Shown: positions 40,380 to 51,385 of the stretch, piece by piece | Position numbering within the stretch: position 1 is the stretch's first letter | How the letters are laid out: each line of letters starts with the position of its first letter | Source: Dipteris shenzhenensis | Lineage: Eukaryota | Direction: 5' to 3' (one strand) | NCBI GenBank assembly: GCA_047967505.1 | Contig: CM106538.1 | DNA: 64,000 bases | Position numbers and translations under genes: made by a program | Notes under the pieces: model-generated | The model's input: only the letters and a program-made list of their open reading frames with translations | Told to the model about the DNA's origin: nothing | The model's database searches: none

Positions 40380-41705
40380 GTAGCCCAGCCCCTCCCCTCC
40401 CCCTCGCCCCTCCTACTATGGTCACCCTCACCACCCTCCTCCCCCCTCCCCCTCTGCCCCCCTCTCCACCTCTTTAGTAGGTTCTTTAGCCTCCCACCCC
40501 TCCCTTGCCTCGACACCCCTGCCAACAAGCAAGGGTAAGAAGATGTCCCCTTTTGCTTTCTTATCGTAGCATCTTGTCCAAGGAGGGAGCTAGAGGGAAG
40601 GGGCTCATTCTCTTGATCAGGAGCTCCCAATCTCCAGCTTGGGCATCCCTTACCACAGTACTTCTAGAGATTGGGACCTTGGAATCATCTGGAGATTCTG
40701 GACTCTTACCCTCTACCCCTAGAGGTAACGCTTGTGGTCTTGTAGCCCCAAAAAGGGGGTTCGATCAACTTAGTGGGCTCCTAGACACACCCACATTGGA
40801 GATTCCAATTTGCATCCACAGGGTTGGAGAAGGGGTCCCTAGTGGTGTTTGATGCTATTATGGGAGATCAGATTTCATGCATGATGGACGAGTGGATGGG
40901 GCCATAGGGACTAGACCTTTGGCATGCCCATGGTGTAGAGGTTACTTTTTAGTTATGCTTCACACGAGAGAAGCCGATGTGTGGTTTGGCGGCAGGAGCT
41001 ATTAGGTTGCCGCTTGAGGCAAAGGTTGATCAAGCATACTATTGGCCACTCTAGAAGTGTGCGCAGTTGTTCGAGGTGGAAGTCTCCTTCAGGATGAAGT
41101 GGGCACGGAAGATTGGCATTGAGCCAGTGTCCACCTTAGTACGTCAACATACAGACATAGACTACTTGCTCTCCAAACCCCCTGCAAAGTCACATAAGGC
41201 AGTCTTTCTGGAACAGGCACCCACTCATAGGAGAGCCTTGTTTTCTAGATCCCTATCCTCATGAGCTATACCATAGTGAGTTGGAATGTGCACGGGCTCC
41301 ACGACCATGCTCGTAGTCAACCACAGTACCTAATCCTTTGGTAGGAGTTGCAGAGGGTAGTGGTAGGGCAAATATTGGACATCCTTTTGATTTGGGAGCA
41401 TATGTTCTCAGCATCAGACATCAAACGGTGATACCATCTACTCCCAAGGAGAGGTTTGAAGGAGTGGTCACCTCTAGCAAGACGAAATGGAGGGGTCTTC
41501 ATCTCAATCTCATAGATAGTGGCTCTAGAGGTCTATGATCCAAGCTTATCCCAGGATGGGCAGTTTGGATGGGAGAGTCTAAGATTGGGATACTGAACGT
41601 GTATGCCCAATGTGCAAACATCACCGTCTAGCCTTTTGGAGGAGGCTATAAGAGTGTCTTCCAAATGTAGACTCTTGGATTGTTGGAGGGGACTTCAACA
41701 ACCTG
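40380..41705 (+). mobile_element. LINE fragment (ORF1 tail and endonuclease)
   Basis: IGILNVYA (~41584) and DSWIVGGDFNNL (~41670) are APE endonuclease motifs. Confidence 0.75.
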
Positions 41706-42830
41706 AGATGGTAGCCACCTTGATGATTATTTGGATGGGCGGTAGGTGAATAGGTGGTAGCTCAAATTTTGATCCGGCTTGCATGTGATTTAATTACCAC
41801 TTAATTACCAATCATCGGCACGGCCGCTCCTTCATGATTATTTGGACGAAACCATCTGATGTAGGAAATATTGCCCATCCATATGATGCATCTGCATGCA
41901 TGCAATTTAATTACCCCTAGCCACCTTCATGGCGGCTCCTTCATGATTATTTGGACGTCATGATGTTAATTACCAATGACCATGGTGGCATGTGATTGCA
42001 TGGACTTGCATGCGATTATCTTTGGGACAAATTATTTTTTAGTGCAATTAATTACCAATCACCACGGTGGCTTGAGATTAAATAGTAGCCTATAATTCTA
42101 TAATTTGATGGGCTTGCATGCTAGTGATTATTTTTGGGACAAAACAAGCAATCCAGTCTGGCATGCATGCAATTTAGTTACCAATTAATTACCAATCATC
42201 ACTGGCATGGCAGCTCCTTCATGATTATTTGGATGTCCAAATTACTAGCCTCATCATCGTGGTGGCATGTGATTGCATGGGCTTGCATGTGATTATTTTG
42301 GGGGCAAAACAATTCTCGATTATTTTTAGTGTAGTCTCACTAGAGATAAAATAGTGCTCATGATTCTATAATTGGATGGGCTTGCATGCCAATGATTATT
42401 TTTGGGGAAAAACAAGAAATCTAGTCCCACTCACCGTGATGCCCTCACCTTTAATGAGAAGGCAAAATTATACTATTTTTAAGGCCTCTAATGAAGCTTT
42501 GCATAGCAAAGACAATCTGCAAAATACAGCATTGCCCGACCACTCAAGCATGTGATTAATTGGCGACTTGAATTTTGACTAATTGAAGATGGCTCATGAT
42601 TATTTGGATGGCACCGTTGGGCCTCCATTCCTCGCATTGGCTCAGATTCTAGTTAATTTAAGGTGGCTTATTAAGATGGTTCATGGTTATTTAGATGGCA
42701 CCACAAGGCCTTCATTCACCATGCTGGCTTGGATTTTGATTAATTGAAGGTGTCTTATTGAGATGGCTCATGGTTATTTGGATGGCACCACCTGGCCTCC
42801 GATATTAGAGTGCCACCGTTATTATTTAAC
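41705..42830. repeat. Complex higher-order repeat built on ATGATTATTTGGA and TTAATTACCAAT motifs
   Basis: At least seven ATG(A/G)TTATTT(G/A)GA copies at ~41724, 41834, 41943, 42221, 42596, 42683 and 42770, with ~280-bp and ~87-bp periodicities. Confidence 0.8.
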
Positions 42831-45800
42831 CATGGCTTCGAGCATGATTTGGCTACTTTGCCTCCATGCTCTGCTACTTTGCTCCATGCTCCCTCCTCTA
42901 GCTCTCATGCGCCCCTAATTGGCTATCATGATCGACACTCCCTCCTCTATCTCTCATCCACTCATCTACTCCCTTGCTCATTCACTCCACTACTCACCCA
43001 CTCTTTTCACCATGCCAAGATTTGCAAGAAATGCTCACCCCCCTTGATACAATGTGATCCCAATCTTGTTTACTTTCTCATACACAAAGCAATTCATCCA
43101 AGAAATGAGAAATGATTATGTTAGACCTTATAGCTTGTGAATAAATACAAGGACTTTCTTGAAGCCTCATGTGACAAGAATTGAAACTTGTGCACATTCC
43201 AAGCAAGCCTAGGGAGCACAGATAGCATGGCAAGGAATGAACCTAGAAGGGAAGAATCCAAGAGAGAAAAAGTGAGGAGGAAATTTCTCCAAAAGAAGAG
43301 AAAGACCTAAAAGGGACAGGACATAGATGAGAAGAAGCCAAGAGAATCAACGCATAGTGGAGAATATTATGGGATAGGTGCACAAGTCATGGCCTACAAG
43401 TGAGAGTAGAAGAGATGGATGTGTACTTTATTTGGCATTTACCGGCACAAAGGACGTGAAATTTTGAATGCAAGTGTGGGAGATGTTAAATATTTGGAAC
43501 TAATGCAAAATGATAAATAACGAGAATGGCACACGTATAAATTGAGTTCTTTCTAGTGTATTTATAATTTATGGGTGAATTATGCTACAAACATCACCAA
43601 AGATCAAAGTTTTAAGACCACTATGTAGTAGCTCCATAAGTGTGGACTGCATTTTTCAAAATTACTCCTTTCTAACTAAAATAAAAAGAAGTTATTAAGC
43701 ATGCCCCCAAATGTATGCACAAAATTGTAGTAAAGTATTGGATACCCCCTCAACCATAGCAAAGACTTGCAATCGGTTTCCTCCTTTGGTTTGTAGGAAG
43801 CTCATGTAGTGCACTTAATTCGAATGAACAATTCATGCTTCCATATATGTGTATTGATTTTTTTTTAATAATTTGGATATCCTATGCAATCCAAGATACA
43901 TCCTTCTTTAGCATAATCATAATTTTCCAAAAATTTTTAAAGATTTATAAAGGGAAAGGAATGTAGTGCCTATATGTAAATAGGAATTTCAATATCATCT
44001 TTTGAACACACATCCTATGTAGGTCTTTCTAGTAGTTCACCGCACAAGGTCTAATATCTTTTCCTTTCACTACTCTTTTATATATTTTTCTCACTACATT
44101 GTTCCAATCATATAAGAGTCCTCACTACACACTCAATACTCACAATATCTTGAATCTAAAGTTTTGTCTTTACATTCTCAATTTTCCATCAGCTATTGGT
44201 AGATGACATTTCGACAAAGCACATTGCTTAAAATTTTTGATATAAGTACCATGCTTTATTAACATTGTACCCAAGTTTTGTTTTTACATTCTCATTTTTC
44301 CATCAACTTTTGATAGATGATATTGTTTATAAAATTCAACAAAGCACATTGCTTTTAAAAATTGATATAAGTACCCTGCTAAATTATGAATATCAATGGC
44401 ATTTATTCACATTGTAATGGTTGCCATTATTATTTAATAATACACCTATCACAATGTCATATGTGATGCTTACAAGAACTTGTCCTTTTTTTGTGTTTCA
44501 TTAGTCATTTTCAAGTTAATTTTATGAGGTATAATGTATGAATTTAATTAAATATATAATGAATAGCTTTTCCTCTATGTGTACATTAACATAGATTTGA
44601 TAATCTAATATATGAGCATTGTCAACCTCGATGCTCATGCTTAAGCTCTTGCCTAACTCATTAACTCTAATAACTAATGGGAATCTCATGTGCAATGGGA
44701 ATATCTATGCTATGTGCTAGGGAAAACAAGTTCGGTGGACTAGGATTAGAATAAAGATGTCCACAAGGCTCTTGTAGTGTTCCTTATAACCAAAGGAGAG
44801 GTCAATGCCTTCTTTGAATTCTTATGTTTCAATAATCTAAATAATTAGTTGTTGGACAAGAAATTGTGTGACCACTAAAAATGAGTTAAAAAACATTTGC
44901 ACACCTCAATCTACTATGCATACTATATGGAACTTCCTTGAAACATTCTCCAATTGGAATTTCCTAGAGACATATCTCGTAGGTTATCTGTGTGCATACC
45001 TCATTTGAATGCTTATCCAACTTGTAAAAGAATCCTCTTTTGTGGTGGCCAAATCTAGAGCTTGCACATGGAGTATAGTAAATGATTAAACTTGGTAAAA
45101 GCATGCATGTGGCTTATATATTCCATCCCATTGTGTTATGCTTTGCAGCATCCATAATAGATACCGTGAGGCAGAAGTCCTTGAAAATGCTAGATGGATT
45201 TCCTAACCATTTTGTAGATAAGATATTCAAAAGTATGCCATGCTATCTTAGTAGAGAAAAGTTTGATCTCAAACCCCCAAAGCAAGTCAGTGGTGCAGAA
45301 GCCCGGGTGTTTGGGAGTGATGTAGGCAAAGGTGCTTAAAAAGGAGGGGGTTTATTTTTTATATTCATCGCAATGTTGAAACTTCTAGCAATGATACGAG
45401 TAAAATATCAGAGTTGGACCTTTGTTATCCCTTTTTGTTTCTATATTTAAGAGAGAGCCACGTACATGTTTGGCATTGTTAGAAAACGTGGCCAGATGCC
45501 ACATGTCACCACCGAGATGCACCGAGTGCAGGGGATCCCACTCCCTGCCACATAGCCATGTAGAGCCTCCCCTTTTACCCAAAAAGAGCCGGGGGGAGGG
45601 GATCTCTCTTTCTTTATAACCAAGGTTCAGTGAATGTCACAATTGCCTATGGGATTGATCCCCAAGGTCTTCTTCCACGTGTCACTGTGTGAACCAAGAA
45701 CCTTTTTAGCTTCCATTAACCACATGCTCCATGAGGGGGTTTGAGCCACACATAGCCCTATTTCCAACATCCCCCCATGGTTCAAACTCCACTAGCATGA

Positions 45801-46527
45801 GCTGGCCAACCAAACATACTAATCACCCACACAGGGCAAGACCAGCCTTTTTACAAACTCTGACCACCCACATAGGGATAGTCAAACAAATAATGTCAAT
45901 CACCCACACAAGGCACGGTCGACCAATCAAATGCCAGTCATCTCAACACAAAATCATGGCATGCTGATGGAGGCCATCAACTCTCGTGTCCCACTATGAC
46001 CAGACTGAACACTACGTAACAGTGTGCAGTTACGCACGCGTAGTGATTTGATTTGCTGCCGTCGCCTTGTACTGCAATCAAAGCACATGTGGGTCGCCAC
46101 TCCCGCGAGTGCGCAGCTTGTTCAGGATTGGTATACAGTTGTAGCAGCCATTGTCATGTACACACACACATAGCCCTATATTTCCAACAAGCATCCACAT
46201 AGAGTATTCTAAATATTGGGGACAAGAACCTTGATTTATTCCATAGCTTTGAACTTTGTGAGTTTCTGTGGAGCTCACGCGCTTTGCTTGACTCGTTAGA
46301 GTGTGAGATAATGAGCTGAGAAGGAATACTTTCAGCGTTGGAATCATTTTGAAATGTATTTGCAAGGCGTGTGCAAGGGAAAATAGGTGCCAAGGAAGCT
46401 ATCATGCACAAGGAATAAATTAAAGAACGTAGTTGATAAGCACGAGAAGATCAAAGTATATATATTTATCGACTTAGGATTCCCTAATTGATTCGGCAGA
46501 AAGGTTGCGTTGAAGGAGTCAGCAATC

Positions 46528-46772
46528 ATGCAGACTATGAAGTGCAACTATTGTGTTGAATTCTTGCAACTATTGTGTTGTGTTCTTGCAGACTATTGTG
46601 TTGAATTCTCGCAGACTATTAAATGCAACTCTTGTGTTGCATTCTTGCAGACTATTGTGTTGCGTTCTTGAGATAGTATACTATCTATTGTCGCACACTA
46701 TTAAGTGCAACTGTTGTGTTGCATTCTTGCAGACCAACTGTTGTGTTGCATTCTTGCAGACTATTGAGTTGA
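46528..46772 (+). repeat. ~21-23-bp minisatellite (ACTATTGTGTTGCATTCTTGCAG) directly upstream of the protease ATG
   Basis: About nine to ten full or partial units between a TATA-like run (46457-46465) and the ATG at 46782. Confidence 0.9.
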
Positions 46773-46781
46773 AGGTGAACC

Positions 46782-48245
46782 ATGGCTCAGCATCATGGAT
46801 CCTCGTTGGTTGTGCTCATCATGCTCTTACTTGTACAAGCCTCCTCTACTAATGCAGGCAATGGCGACCGTCTTGTTCCAGGAACTTGCTCCTCTTCCAT
46901 GACAGTGTTGCCTGTGGATGATGAACAGCACGCCTCGCCCACAAACACCTTCACTGGTTTGAGAGCGCAGCTCACTCACCGCGATGCCTTCATGGAATTC
47001 AGCTCCCATGAGCAGAGCCTGGAGAGGTTGACGAGAGCAGCCAAGGGGAGCAAGCTGCGTGCTCAAACGATCGCGGCGAGGAACGGCAGCAGGCGCGTTC
47101 TGGCGCAGCGAACCTCTTTGAGCAACGGTCCTCCGCTATCTGCCCCTATCTTCTCTGATGATGAGGGAGCATATTTGGTGACCCTCGCTCTCGGAACCCC
47201 GCCTCAACCCTTCAGTGCCATCCTCGATACAGCCAGCGACCTGGTCTGGCTACAGACCGACCCTTGCTTCCAGTGCTACAACCAAACCGGAAATGTCTTC
47301 CAGCCCTCCTCGTCTTCCACCTACAAGAATGCCTCGTGTGCCGACCGCTTGTGCATCGTCTTGCCCGCCAGCTTCTGCTACAACTCCTCGCCCTGCGAAT
47401 ACACCTACGGCTATGGAGTCCCTGAAGGAAATACGGTCACCACAGGCGTTCTTGCCTACGATACGCTCACCATCGGAGAATACTCATTGCCCAGCTTTGC
47501 TTTCGGTGCTGGATTCTTCAATTACGGGCCGATTGCCTTTCTAAGCGCTGCAGGCATAGTGGGCATGGGAGCAGGCCCGCTCTCTCTGCCTTCGCAATTG
47601 GCATATAATTCCTCCATCGAAAGCAATTCAAGTAAATTCTCCTACTGTCTGGTCACTTGGAACGACGCGATCTCCAAGACGAGCCCACTTCTGTTCGGAT
47701 CCCTTGCCAATATCAACGGCACGGGCGTTCAATCCACGCCCTTCCTGAGCAACCCAGCCCATTCTTCCTTGTACTACGTTAATTTGCAGGGAATTAGTGT
47801 GGGTGGCACCCCCCTCGACATCCCCTCCGGTACCTTCGACATCTACACCGATGGTCGCGGTGGCTTCGTCATAGACTCAGGCTCTACCGTCACTCTACTT
47901 GTGGACGCCGCCTACACTCCGTTGCTGAACGCCTACTCGTCTGCTATCCACTTTCCTACCATCAACGGCTCGGCCCTCGGGCTCGACCTGTGTTACAACG
48001 CCTCCAACTCCCCGAATGCCACCTCCATACCTGCCCTTGCTTTTCTCTTCGACGGCGCGGACCTGAGTCTCTCTCCCCAGAACATCTTTTTTGATTATCA
48101 CGGGTACTTCTGCCTAGCTTTTGGGAAATCGCCGGTGAATATCAGCGTCCTTGGAAATATTCAACAGCAAAATATCCAGTTTCTGTTCGACAATGGATCC
48201 AGCAAGAAGCTCTCCTTCAAGCCGGTCACCTGCGATACTCTTTAA
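46782..48245 (+). CDS. Secreted nepenthesin-like (A1B) aspartic protease, intronless, 487 aa
   Basis: Hydrophobic signal peptide, then a propeptide with LTHRD..ERLTRA..SKLRA. Catalytic motifs LDTASDLVW and IDSGST. Cys-rich NAP insert, FSYCL, LYYVNLQGISVGG, VLGNIQQQN and a terminal CDTL. Confidence 0.96.
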   Translation: MAQHHGSSLVVLIMLLLVQASSTNAGNGDRLVPGTCSSSMTVLPVDDEQHASPTNTFTGLRAQLTHRDAFMEFSSHEQSLERLTRAAKGSKLRAQTIAARNGSRRVLAQRTSLSNGPPLSAPIFSDDEGAYLVTLALGTPPQPFSAILDTASDLVWLQTDPCFQCYNQTGNVFQPSSSSTYKNASCADRLCIVLPASFCYNSSPCEYTYGYGVPEGNTVTTGVLAYDTLTIGEYSLPSFAFGAGFFNYGPIAFLSAAGIVGMGAGPLSLPSQLAYNSSIESNSSKFSYCLVTWNDAISKTSPLLFGSLANINGTGVQSTPFLSNPAHSSLYYVNLQGISVGGTPLDIPSGTFDIYTDGRGGFVIDSGSTVTLLVDAAYTPLLNAYSSAIHFPTINGSALGLDLCYNASNSPNATSIPALAFLFDGADLSLSPQNIFFDYHGYFCLAFGKSPVNISVLGNIQQQNIQFLFDNGSSKKLSFKPVTCDTL

Positions 48246-48516
48246 TTAGGCAAATTACTTCTGCATGGTTTATCAGCTCTCCTTGAAACTGCATGTGACG
48301 TGTATGCAGCCATAGAAGATATTTCTTTACTATATGTGTTTAGTTTAACACAAAAATAACACGTGACGTTTTTGTAAATGTCTAAGTAAGCCGTGACCTT
48401 TTCAGATATGTAGCCTACTTCTCCAAGGGATTATCTCATGTAATTCGTTTTTTTCCCCTAAAGGTGTTTCTATTTGGATTTTTTGCTATTTTGGTCCCCA
48501 TTTTTTTCTCCCCCTT

Positions 48517-48575
48517 TCTCTCTCTCTCTCTCGCTCCTCCTCTTCTTCTTCTTCTTCTTCTTCTTCTTCTTCTCT
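48517..48575. repeat. (CT)n/(CTT)n microsatellite
   Basis: Seen directly. Confidence 0.9.
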
Positions 48576-48659
48576 CACCTTCCAGGCAGGCCTTTTGAAT
48601 GTATTCAACTTGTTTAAAACAAAGCTTAACTATACAAAGGAACTCAATAGAGCCCCCAA

Positions 48660-51305
48660 GCAAGAAAATGGTGCATGTTCATAAGTTGGCAGTCGCAAAC
48701 CTTGGTCAGAGAGCATACATGGTTGCTCATATAGATTCTCATTTATAGCACCAAAGGTATGGACATCTTAATTTAGATCCATGCAATTGCTTGAATGCAA
48801 GAACATGGTGAAAGGACTCCCCTTTGTCAAAGAGGGTGATTTGTGTGAAGGATGCCTTTATAGAAACAACATAAGGAACCTTTTCCCAAGGGTTAGGCCA
48901 TAAGGTTGAGGCCACAAGAGCAAAGAGACCATTAGAGTTGGTGCATATTAATATTGCAAGGTATATGACCAATATGCCATCACTTGGCGGTAGTAAATAC
49001 TTTGTTACATTTATTGATGAGACCATACAGAAACGCTATTTGGCTACACCATGAAGAAAAGGTTTAAATTGTTTGCAATGTTCAAAGAGTTCAAGGCCAT
49101 CGTAGAAGCTCAGCCAGTTGTCGAATCAAATGCCACAATGTGAAAGAATATACACTCCAAATTCTTTACTAAGTACTGCAAGCAATGGGAAATACACATA
49201 GGATTTTCCTTTCCTAAAACATAGCAAGAAAATGGAGTAGTGGAATGAAAGAGCCACACCATTGTTGAGTGTGCAACGAGCATCATGCAAACAAAGGACA
49301 TGCTGAAAAGTTTGGACCAGAAGCAGTTTGCACAATGGTTTATTTGTTATACCAGTCCCCTATGAATGCTTTACATGACATGACACCAAAGGAAGCATGG
49401 AGTGGATGCCTAGCATCTCATAGTATTTGGATCAACTACATGTGCTCATGTATCAAAGGACAAGAGGGGTAAGTTTGATGCCAAGAGTGAGAAATGCATT
49501 TTCGTTGGGTATGCAGAGGAACATAAACCTTACAAGTTGTACAACCTTGCAACTCATAAAATGTTTACTTCCCATGATGTGGTGTTTGATGAGAAGGTAA
49601 ATCATGCTCTTTCCATCATGTTTATGTAGAATTAATGGAAGAGTAGAGAATCAACTAGTTGATAATGCTAGAGATACAGATTTGTACATATCCATAGAAT
49701 GTGGAATATTTGATTGCATGCTACCTAGCATGAGTGGAAGTAGTTAAGGAAATGCTACCTAGCATGAGTAGTGGTCTAGGAAATGGGAGAGTATCTCAAA
49801 GACATTCTACAAATTCCCAAGCAGAGAATGCATCTCATGGTCAGAATGACCAAGAAGCCATGTCATCTAAGAAAATTACAAGGTGGGTAAAGAAGCTAGT
49901 GGATGAGGTAGATGGCATTATCAAGGACTTGAAGCTATACATGCTACATTGCACAAATCAAAGGACCTATCAATTTCTGGAGGCAAAAAAAATCCAAGGA
50001 ATGGGTTGATGCCACGGAAGAAGAGTATAATGGCATTTCTCCAGACTGCAACATGAATTTTGGGGATTGATGGAACTGCCCAAAAGAAAGAATGTTATGC
50101 ACTACAAATGGTTCTATGAGGTCAAGCAAAAATCTGATGAGAGTGTTAACAAGTATAAGGCAAGACTAGTGGCCAAAAGTATATGCTTAGAAGAAGGGCA
50201 TTGATTATGAGGAGACATTTGTGCCAGTCACAAGGATAAAAACAATCCACCTTATTCTTTCTCTTACTTGTAGTATGAGGTTACAGTTGCATCAAATGGA
50301 CATCAAGTTCATGTTCCTAAATGGAGAACTAGAAGAAGAGGTGCATATGAGACAACCAAAAGGATTTGTGGAGAAAGGATATGATCCTCTTAGTGTGCAA
50401 GTTGAAGAAGGCACTCTATGGTCTCAAGCAAGCCCCATGGGCTTGGTACATCAAGATTGACACTTACTTCAAACAAGAAGGCTTCAAGAAAATTAAAACC
50501 TAATCATGGGGTGTATGTGAAGAGAAATATAGATGCTCTCAGAATCATTGCATTCTATGTGGATGACCACATCATAGCAGGCAGCAGCAACAATAAGTTG
50601 ATCAAGGAGGTCAATGTTTGTAGATAGTTTGAAATACATTATTTTGGGATTCTTGCATTATATTTTGGGTGTTAAGATAGCACAACTCGAGGAAGGCACT
50701 TAGCCAAAACAAGTACATTGAGTCTATTTTAGAGTAGTTGGGAATGTTCACAACATGTTGAAGTCATAGAGTACAAAATTTTTAGATCCTGCACTTTACC
50801 AATGAGCATAGCACAAATAGAGAAACGCATATTTCTTAGCCAAATAAGGGACATTGAGTCTATGTTAGAGTAGTTTGGAATGTTGGATGTCATATCTCTA
50901 AGTACACCTATTGAGACCCATCACAACATGTTGAAATTGTAGAGTGCAAAGGTTTTAGATCCTAAACTTTATTGACAAAAATTTATAAGCCATATACTTG
51001 ATTTCATTGACACGGCATGATATTTGCTATGTAGGGCTATTGAGCTAGTTCATGGCAAAGCCGTGTGTCCACCATTGGAATGAGGTAAAGTGGATTTTTG
51101 GATACCTTAGTGGGACAGCCAATCATAGGCTTGCATATCTGAAAGAGAGCCCATATGGAGAACCACATATGATGCAAAATGGGGAGAAGGCCACCAATGC
51201 AAGTCTATTCAAGGAAACAAATTTATGCTAAATCCTCATTGTGAATCTTGGTCTAGCAAGAAGCAAACCACCGTGGCATTCTTTACAGCAGAGGCTAAGC
51301 ACTTG
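48660..51305 (+). mobile_element. Truncated Copia pol (GAG-pre-integrase, integrase, RT, start of RNaseH)
   Basis: HQRYGHLN, LELVH..PSLGGSKYFVTFIDE, KFDAKSEKCIFVGY, YKARLVAK, LHQMDIKFMFLNGELEEEV, FYVDD and SKKQTTVA. Confidence 0.9.
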
Positions 51306-51321
51306 CTCAATTAGTTTTCTT

Positions 51322-51385
51322 TGATGCACTCAATGCCATGCATAATTTGATGTCCTTGATGTATACTCAATGATGTGCATAATTT
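51322..51385. repeat. Left arm of inverted repeat (pairs with 60823-60923)
   Basis: The reverse complement of TGATGCACTCAATGCCATGCATAATTTGATGTCCTTGATGTATACTCAATGATGTGCATAATTT matches the right arm. Confidence 0.9.

Noticed and set aside
46528-46772. CRISPR-like appearance of short repeats (also 10450-10820)
   Set aside because: There are no unique spacers and no cas genes, and the context is eukaryotic.
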